64,000 nt of DNA, taken from the NCBI GenBank assembly GCA_030265395.1, contig JARFYF010000029.1, positions 13,980,943 to 14,044,942 of the forward strand. The letters are read 5' to 3'. The notes beneath the pieces are model-generated. The model was not told the origin of the DNA. It was given only the letters and a program-made list of their open reading frames with translations, and made no database searches. Position numbers and translations under genes: made by a program. Shown one piece after another: positions 59,201 through 64,000 of this stretch (position 1 is its first letter; the number at the start of each line of letters is the position of its first letter). This DNA is from Rhina ancylostomus. Taxonomy: Eukaryota.

Positions 59201-62200
59201 GGCTCCAGACCTTATCATCTTGGTTGAAACGCAGATCAAAGAGCCAACTTCTTGAGGTGAGGTGCGAGTGATCACCCTTGACATCAAGGCAGCATTTGTC
59301 TATGTGTAGCAGAGGACAATGGGCATCAAAGGAAAAGTGCTCCAGTGATTGGAATCGTGCCTCTTGTAGGAGGAGGATTGAGGTCAGAGAATGTCACTGC
59401 AGGAGTTCCGCAGAGTGGTGGTCCAGCTCACCGTCACCTGCTTCATTAATGACTTTTGTACCATCATAAAATCAAATGCTAATGTTTGATGATGATTCTA
59501 CGATGTTCAATTCCATTTGCAACTCTTCAGCAAATGAAACCACCCATGGCTGCATACAGCAAGACCAAGACAACATTCAGGCATGAACTGATAAGCGGGA
59601 AGTAACATTTGTGCTGCAGAAGTGCCTGGCAATGACCATCTCCAACAGGAAAATCTAGCTGCCTACCCTTCAGTGGCATTACCATCACTGAGCCTTTGAC
59701 CATGGGGGGGGGGTTGCCACTGACAAAAATAACTCATCTGGACCAACTGCATAAATAGTTGTGGCTACAAGAGCAGGTCAGAGGCCAGGTATCCTGCAAT
59801 GAATGAATCACCCCCAACATCCCAAATACTCTCCACTTGTTTGGATGAGTCCAGCATGTTCAACACCATTCCCCACTAGATTGGCATGCTAGATTGGCAC
59901 CCCATTCATCACCCTAAACACTCATTCACATGTGAAAGTTGACCTACACTGTAATAAAGCAAACAACAGCAGAACCAAGGAGCATACAGAGAGTTCTTTA
60001 TTGTTTAACACTAGTGGGGGTAGGGGAGTAGGAGCACTCAGTCAGTTCTGCTCTTCTCTGCACATGGCCCGACTCAAGGAATATAGGGTGCTAACAAACT
60101 TACATACATTGTTCTCTGGTCGGTGTCCATCTACTGCACAGGCTTACCCATATTTGGGTATGCTTGACCAGCTCATGCTACCATTGGTCAAGCCGGGGCT
60201 GCTGTATGCAGCCAGACAGGTTAACACATCTTTCACAGTTAGTCAAAAACAACCCTGTTTCCTTGTGTCCTTGAAGCTCAGCAACTCCTTATCGGCCTTA
60301 CATGAGCAGGTGGCTCAAGCTGTTTACCAGTAAAGAGAGAGAGAGAGAGAGAGTAACCCTTTGTTCACCAGCTCTCCATTCCCATTATCTTCTACACATA
60401 TTGGAATAGTGTGCAGCATCTACAAAATGCACTAGAATTACATGCCTCAGCTATTCCAAAAGCACCTCTGCCACCAAGAAGGCCAAGGGCAGCAGGTGCA
60501 TGGGCACATAATCACCTGCAAGTTTCACATGCCACCCTCACTTGGAAATATATTGTCGTCCTTTATTGTCACAGGGTCAAAATCCTGGGACTCTTTACGA
60601 AACGGCACTGTGGATGTACTTTGGAAGAACTGCAGCAATTCAAACGGATGGCTTATCATCACCTGCTTAAAGGCAATTAGATATTGAGATCTTTGCTAGC
60701 AATACCTAGATCCCAAAAATGAATTTTAAAAAAATATTTAATCTATAAGAATCACTTGAGAGGAACTTCACAAAATAAATATACAGAATCAAATATAAAC
60801 TTGCACCTCATTTTATGTTCCTCTGGTGATTGTGTTGTTGAAGTAGAATAAATTACTAATATTCAGTTGTAAGTAGTATGGATTGAGTTTGATTAATTGC
60901 TTGCTTTATAGATTAAAAACACTGTTATTCTAAAATCCCTACCTGATGTCAGTTTGCAGATGGTGTGTACCTGGTGTTGCTTATGGGACTTTTAGAAGAT
61001 TATTTTGTTCCTCTCTACAACTTTTATCTGACACCAGAAAGTTTTGAACAGAAGGTTAGTATTACAAGTGTAATGAAGCTTAATTGTCAAAACGCCTTGG
61101 AATTTCTGAGACTACTGATTTAATATGGCATTGACGGTAACAAGCATTTATGTACTATGATCTTCTATCTCATTTATAGTTCTTCCTGTTGTGCTGTACT
61201 TAATTGGAGAGGTGAACATGAGTGTATTTTCCAGAATTTAAAATAACCTATTTTTTTTTAACGTTGTAGTAAATAAGATCCAGTGGTGCTGATTGTAGAA
61301 TTGTGTAAGGATTATTTTACAGATGCTGCACAAAAATGTAAAAATTGTTAAATATGCTAATTAGAAATGGGACCTACTCTATAATTTTACACATTAAATC
61401 GTTCTAGTTCCTGAAAAATATTATTTCTTATTCACTTGACCTTTATGAGAACTATTAATATAATCTGTCATAAGTCAGTGATGCAGCTGCACTTGTTCCA
61501 CATTTCTCAAGGTTAAATTTAAAATTCAGATGTTCATCTGGCTGCCAGACAACTTGGACAACATAAACACCAACAGTTTAGAGTTGGCGTACAATGTCTT
61601 CGGTTCTCTGACATTGCTCGATTTGTATGGTGTAGATTGATCTCAAGCCCTGAATTGACACCAAAATAAATTCCAACTTCCAAGGAATTTGCTTTTTATT
61701 CCTCTGGAGTGAAGCCAAGTTGTGATATTTGAATTGGATATGCTGGCGACACCAGTGAACTCCAAATCTCTTTGCTTTTACATTTCTGTGACACAGATGT
61801 GTCCTTGCAGTGGTTGACAATACAGCTTTATAACTCAACAGTGTTCAACTTCTTGAGCAGGGTTGTCCCATTGATGGGACAAAATTGATAATGACAACTT
61901 AATCCTGTTCCATGGCAGTCATCTAAGGCTGACGCAAGGATGAACTGATGACCACATAGTATCTTAAAGACTACATACTTCGTGCCCCCCAGCATTGGCT
62001 ATCCCGCCCCTCCCGCAGCTCCTCCACTGAAACCTCATGCCTGCCTTTTATTAGTTCTGGCCTGTTTTTCCAATACCCTTTGCCTTTCCATTCTTCTTAA
62101 AGAAGCTCATCATAAAATTCGTCTACATCCTGTCTTGCACAAAGTTTGTTCATCCATCATTGCTAAGTGATGCGCACGTGCACAACCTTAAAATTTTCAT

Positions 62201-63182
62201 CCCAACTCACATTTGTTTTAATTTTCTTCTGTGACTGCTCCTTCCGGGCCCAGTTCTGGCCTCGTGTACAGTCGTGATTTTAATAATTCCACCATTAAGA
62301 ACTAAGCCCTCAACACCCAAGGCTCAAGTTTGGTGGAATTCTTGCCCTAAACCTTTGTGACATGACCCTGCCTGGGCCTTTTGTTACTTTTCCTGGAGCC
62401 TGATGAAGCACCTTGAGAATTGTTACTGTAATTGCCACTGTGGACGTTCTCATTTTGAAAGCAGGGTCTTAAAATTGGCTGTCTTTGTGGGAGATGATTA
62501 AATTAAGAGAGTGTTATATTTTTGGAGCACTTTGTTGTTCTTGACTCTAAATTTTACATTACTGAATTAAAATATTCGGTATTGCATCTGGGACAAGAAA
62601 TCAAAATTCTTTCAATTATATATCTTGTTGTAGCACCTGTGGTTAAAACCTTTCATTTTAAATGTTGAGTATGCAAAGTGGTGGTTGTTATTTTTATCTA
62701 TTTAAATGTTAGTTCTGCCATACCATCTTATATGACAGTTGCACTGACTTATGCTGGTTAACGTGGGTTGAGTTTCACACTTGACTCCGGATGTGAGCCA
62801 TGTGACATGATATTTTGTTTTGCTGGTCTCAGTCCAACGGTTTGAATTGACTTTCTACCTACGATTAGAACAGTGTTGCCACTGTAGCAGATAATAGACA
62901 AAATTGAGAGAGATTGCTACACAGCTGTGAGTTGACACTGTGTCTGTGACCTTCATCACAGGCTGTGGCTAGGACGATGTAAAGTACAGACTAGGTTGAG
63001 CTATGAATTATGCAAGAATAATGAATTAACTTTTTTTCTTGGAGAAGAGTTTTGTTTTACTTGAAGTAATAAAATAATTGGACTAATAAAACTTATTTGT
63101 TTTGTTTAGGTCCATAATGTATCATTTTCCTTTGAGCTTATGCAGGACGGGGGACTTAAGAAACCAAAAGCTCGGCCAGAAG
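19735..63182 (+). CDS. PARVB: PARVB beta-parvin (affixin), coding exons 1-12, 3' partial: join(19735..19852,38028..38117,38422..38492,39536..39638,42336..42476,43753..43868,47421..47479,51109..51128,56214..56275,57817..57885,60953..61054,63110..63182)
   Basis: Exons join in frame into a two-CH-domain parvin. Beta-type segments ([34 protein letters not shown] micro-exon, [21 protein letters not shown]) and its position after SAMM50 identify PARVB rather than PARVA or PARVG. Confidence 0.95.
20230..20440 (-). mobile_element. Penelope-like element terminal repeat (inverted copy)
   Basis: Reverse strand reads cagtccagatgaagggtctcgaccggaaac...gatgccgcctgagttcctgcagcag, homologous to 20980-21075. 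Confidence 0.7.
20480..21115 (+). mobile_element. Penelope-like element 3' part (GIY-YIG C-terminal remnant plus terminal repeat)
   Basis: Decayed [31 protein letters not shown], then a pyrimidine-rich UTR and a hammerhead-like terminus. Confidence 0.75.
22425..22745 (+). mobile_element. HE1-like SINE with CR1-derived tail
   Basis: tRNA-like head (agtggcacagccagtgg, ggttcaaacc), V-domain remnant and tail gggctgaagggcctgtttcctgctgtac. Confidence 0.78.
22900..25070 (-). mobile_element. Very old RTE-like LINE RT remnant interrupted by a CR1
   Basis: Minus-strand peptides [25 protein letters not shown] and [11 protein letters not shown]...SIPP loosely resemble the RT motifs YRxISLL, ESQxGFR...DxIF and FVDxEKAFD...GIP. 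Confidence 0.4.
23625..24362 (-). mobile_element. CR1 LINE 3' fragment
   Basis: ORF 23991..24278 ([19 protein letters not shown]...[12 protein letters not shown]...[18 protein letters not shown]) is the classic CR1 ORF2 C-terminus; CR1 tail at about 23625. Confidence 0.9.
27470..28430 (+). mobile_element. Degenerate Penelope-like element with a short inverted terminus at its 5' side
   Basis: Remnant resembling CRLG...[12 protein letters not shown]...LHC at 27720-27860 and a hammerhead-like terminus at 28161-28198. Confidence 0.6.
28871..28965 (-). mobile_element. 5'-truncated SINE tail (same family as 1783-2030)
   Basis: Reverse complement reads gctgcccccaggacactctacgcaaaagatgcatttcactg...aataaagatatcttatc. 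Confidence 0.75.
29294..29312 (+). promoter_or_regulatory. Candidate CTCF binding site
   Basis: TGTCCAGTAGATGGCAGTG fits the CTCF core CCASYAGRKGGCRS at every position. Confidence 0.55.
30300..30850 (-). mobile_element. L1/Tx1-clade LINE 3' end
   Basis: Minus strand encodes [30 protein letters not shown]...[23 protein letters not shown], followed by an A-rich 3' end. Confidence 0.72.
34365..35270 (+). mobile_element. RTE-clade LINE 3' portion
   Basis: [20 protein letters not shown] and AGHVARV...[15 protein letters not shown] resemble the RTE RT C-terminus; the element ends in a GAA-rich tail. Confidence 0.8.
36334..36376 (+). CDS. PARVB: Candidate alternative first coding exon of PARVB ([14 protein letters not shown])
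   Basis: aacATGg Kozak, consensus donor AAG|gtaagt, 14 codons + 1 nt (phase 1, same as exon 1). Joins exon 2 in frame as ...[13 protein letters not shown]. Confidence 0.7.
38028..38117 (+). CDS. PARVB: PARVB exon 2 ([30 protein letters not shown])
   Basis: tag|TG acceptor, TAG|gtattt donor, 90 bp. Confidence 0.95.
38422..38492 (+). CDS. PARVB: PARVB exon 3 ([24 protein letters not shown])
   Basis: tag|AG acceptor, AAG|gtaaag donor, 71 bp. Confidence 0.95.
39536..39638 (+). CDS. PARVB: PARVB exon 4 ([36 protein letters not shown]1)
   Basis: tag|GTT acceptor, TAG|gtgaga donor, 103 bp. Confidence 0.96.
42336..42476 (+). CDS. PARVB: PARVB exon 5 ([47 protein letters not shown])
   Basis: cag|AG acceptor, ATT|gtgagt donor, 141 bp. 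Confidence 0.96.
43753..43868 (+). CDS. PARVB: PARVB exon 6 ([39 protein letters not shown])
   Basis: tag|CA acceptor, CGG|gtaagt donor, 116 bp. Confidence 0.96.
45696..45948. mobile_element. Solo LTR (Gypsy-like), 253 bp
   Basis: TGTAGCG...CGCTACA inverted termini, ATAC target-site duplication on both sides (45692-45695 and 45949-45952), CpG-rich interior. Confidence 0.85.
47421..47479 (+). CDS. PARVB: PARVB exon 7 ([20 protein letters not shown])
   Basis: cag|AAG acceptor, AGA|gtaagt donor, 59 bp. Confidence 0.95.
47737..50355 (-). mobile_element. CR1 LINE with an internal deletion (APE endonuclease and RT remnants), interrupted by a Rex1-like insertion
   Basis: ORFs 49923..50441 ([29 protein letters not shown]: endonuclease), 49110..49316 ([10 protein letters not shown]: RT) and 47886..48086 (CR1 C-terminus). 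Confidence 0.9.
48401..49016 (-). mobile_element. Rex1/Babar-like LINE 3' end nested in CR1
   Basis: ORF 48414..48983 encodes [37 protein letters not shown], the Rex1-type C-terminus. Confidence 0.85.
51109..51128 (+). CDS. PARVB: PARVB exon 8, 20-bp micro-exon (MMMGRF)
   Basis: T-rich tract, cag|G ATG ATG ATG GGG AGG TTT G|gtaagt; bridges the phases of exons 7 and 9. Confidence 0.93.
51550..52475 (-). mobile_element. CR1 LINE 3' portion
   Basis: ORFs 52063..52485 ([10 protein letters not shown]...LQKDLDRL...[12 protein letters not shown]) and 51769..52029. Confidence 0.9.
52975..53126 (-). mobile_element. Rex1-like LINE 3' UTR fragment
   Basis: (ggtatt)n tail followed by ggtttattattgtcacttgtaccgaggtacag; runs into a gap. 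Confidence 0.72.
54095..55255. mobile_element. Retroelement cluster: CR1(+) about 54095-54375, Rex1-like(-) about 54378-55255, CR1 3' end(+) about 54491-54800 inside the Rex1
   Basis: CR1 motif gaggctgaggggtgacctt, Rex1 ORF 55062..55274 ([18 protein letters not shown]), CR1 tail gttctgtgttctatg at about 54790. Confidence 0.75.
55700..55980 (-). mobile_element. HE1-like SINE, degenerate
   Basis: Reverse V-domain (gaggaaaccagagcacatgggggaaat) and CR1-like tail. Confidence 0.6.
56214..56275 (+). CDS. PARVB: PARVB exon 9 ([21 protein letters not shown])
   Basis: cag|AA acceptor, AAG|gtaaat donor, 62 bp. Confidence 0.96.
57000..57760 (+). mobile_element. Degenerate Penelope-like element with hammerhead-like terminus
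   Basis: cgtgagcttgaggaacatcaccacttattc resembles RKLEEQHLIF; terminus cagttCTGATGA...GAAAtatt...gagtatttccag. Confidence 0.65.
57817..57885 (+). CDS. PARVB: PARVB exon 10 ([25 protein letters not shown]2)
   Basis: cag|TCA acceptor, CAG|gtagaa donor, 69 bp. Confidence 0.96.
58030..60725 (+). mobile_element. Long degenerate CR1/L2-group LINE
   Basis: RT motif [21 protein letters not shown] at about 59035-59100, decayed FDDDS near 59485, and a ...cacctgcttaaaggcaattag...gaat tail. Confidence 0.75.
60334..60353 (+). repeat. (AG)n microsatellite
   Basis: About 10 AG units read directly. Confidence 0.9.
60953..61054 (+). CDS. PARVB: PARVB exon 11 ([34 protein letters not shown])
   Basis: cag|TTT acceptor, AAG|gttagt donor, 102 bp. 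Confidence 0.95.
63110..63182 (+). CDS. PARVB: PARVB exon 12 ([24 protein letters not shown])
   Basis: tag|GTC acceptor, AAG|gtacaa donor, 73 bp. Confidence 0.96.
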
Positions 63183-63719
63183 GTACAACAGACACAGACT
63201 TCCTGATATATGTATGGCCTGATATAATTGAGATAGAATGTATAATCTCTTCCTTTTGTAACGTTATGAAGTTTAAGCTACACATTCCTCTCCAGGTCAC
63301 TCACTATCGTGACTTGCAAATATTTCATCACTCTTTCATGCTCACCAAAGTCTCAATCCTTAAACTCATGATCCAAGAGTATTTCATCCAGAGGGACTCT
63401 GGTGATCCACGAAGGTGGCTCAGCCATTCCTCAAGTGGATTTAGGATGGTTTAAAAAAAAATTTGCCTTGCTAATGATAAATCCAGAAAAAGCTCCATTT
63501 TGAGTTGTGTGTGCAACCTGGCATTTTTAATTTGCTAATTACATCGTAGCATTACAGATTACCAGCTAGTCTGATGTAGAGTCTTCTGCAAACACCGCTC
63601 ATTCTCTGGTGAAGGAAAAAAATTTGACAATGTTGGCTTTATTCCCTGTAAAGTTTGTTTCCTGTTGAGACCATAGGAATTTAATACCACATGGCAGTAA
63701 CTTCTCAAATTCTATCTTC

Positions 63720-64000
63720 AGATACTAGAGGACATGCATTTAAGGTGTGAGGAGGGAAATTTAAAGGAGATAAGCAGGGCAGTTTTGTTTTACACAGAGT
63801 GGTAGATGCCTGGAATGGCCTGCCAGGGGTAGTGGTGAAAGCAGATACAATCATGTTCTTTAACGGACTTTTGGATAGACACATGAATTTACAGGGAATG
63901 GAGGGACATGGATCATGTAAAGGCAGAAGAGATTTAGTTTAATTTGGCATTGTGTTCGGCACAGACATCATAAGCTGAAGGACCTGTTCCTGTGCTGTAC
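63720..64000 (+). mobile_element. CR1 LINE 3' end
   Basis: actagaggacatgcatttaaggtg...tttacacagagtggtagatgcctggaat...gaaggacctgttcctgtgctgtac. Confidence 0.8.

Noticed and set aside
55271-60157. Two CArG boxes CCATATTTGG (55271 and 60148)
   Set aside because: Expected by chance in AT-rich 64 kb, and both lie in or beside repeats.

Overview
Vertebrate nuclear DNA, AT-rich and full of introns and repeats, with about 14 assembly gaps (several exactly 10 or 100 N). The repeat content (HE1/V-SINE-like tRNA SINEs, CR1, Rex1/Babar, RTE, L2, Tx1 and Penelope-like elements) suggests a cartilaginous fish, probably a ray or sawfish; this is inference. Two + strand genes were reconstructed by hand from splice sites and recalled similarity to the human proteins. 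SAMM50 coding exons 4-15 span 766-14311, ending at the stop codon with AATAAA at 14382. PARVB (beta-parvin) coding exons 1-12 span 19735-63182, with the last exon beyond the window; this is the same gene order as human 22q13. All exon phases join into open frames. Nearly all supplied ORFs are spurious or retroelement debris. Most notable: a candidate alternative PARVB first exon (36334-36376, [14 protein letters not shown]), a GC-AG intron in SAMM50, decayed hammerhead-ribozyme cores in Penelope-like termini, a CpG-rich solo LTR with a perfect 4-bp TSD, a 17-bp perfect hairpin, a strong CTCF motif, several local duplications and nested retroelements. I found no evidence for a wholly new gene system. 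No database searches were run, and repeat boundaries are approximate.
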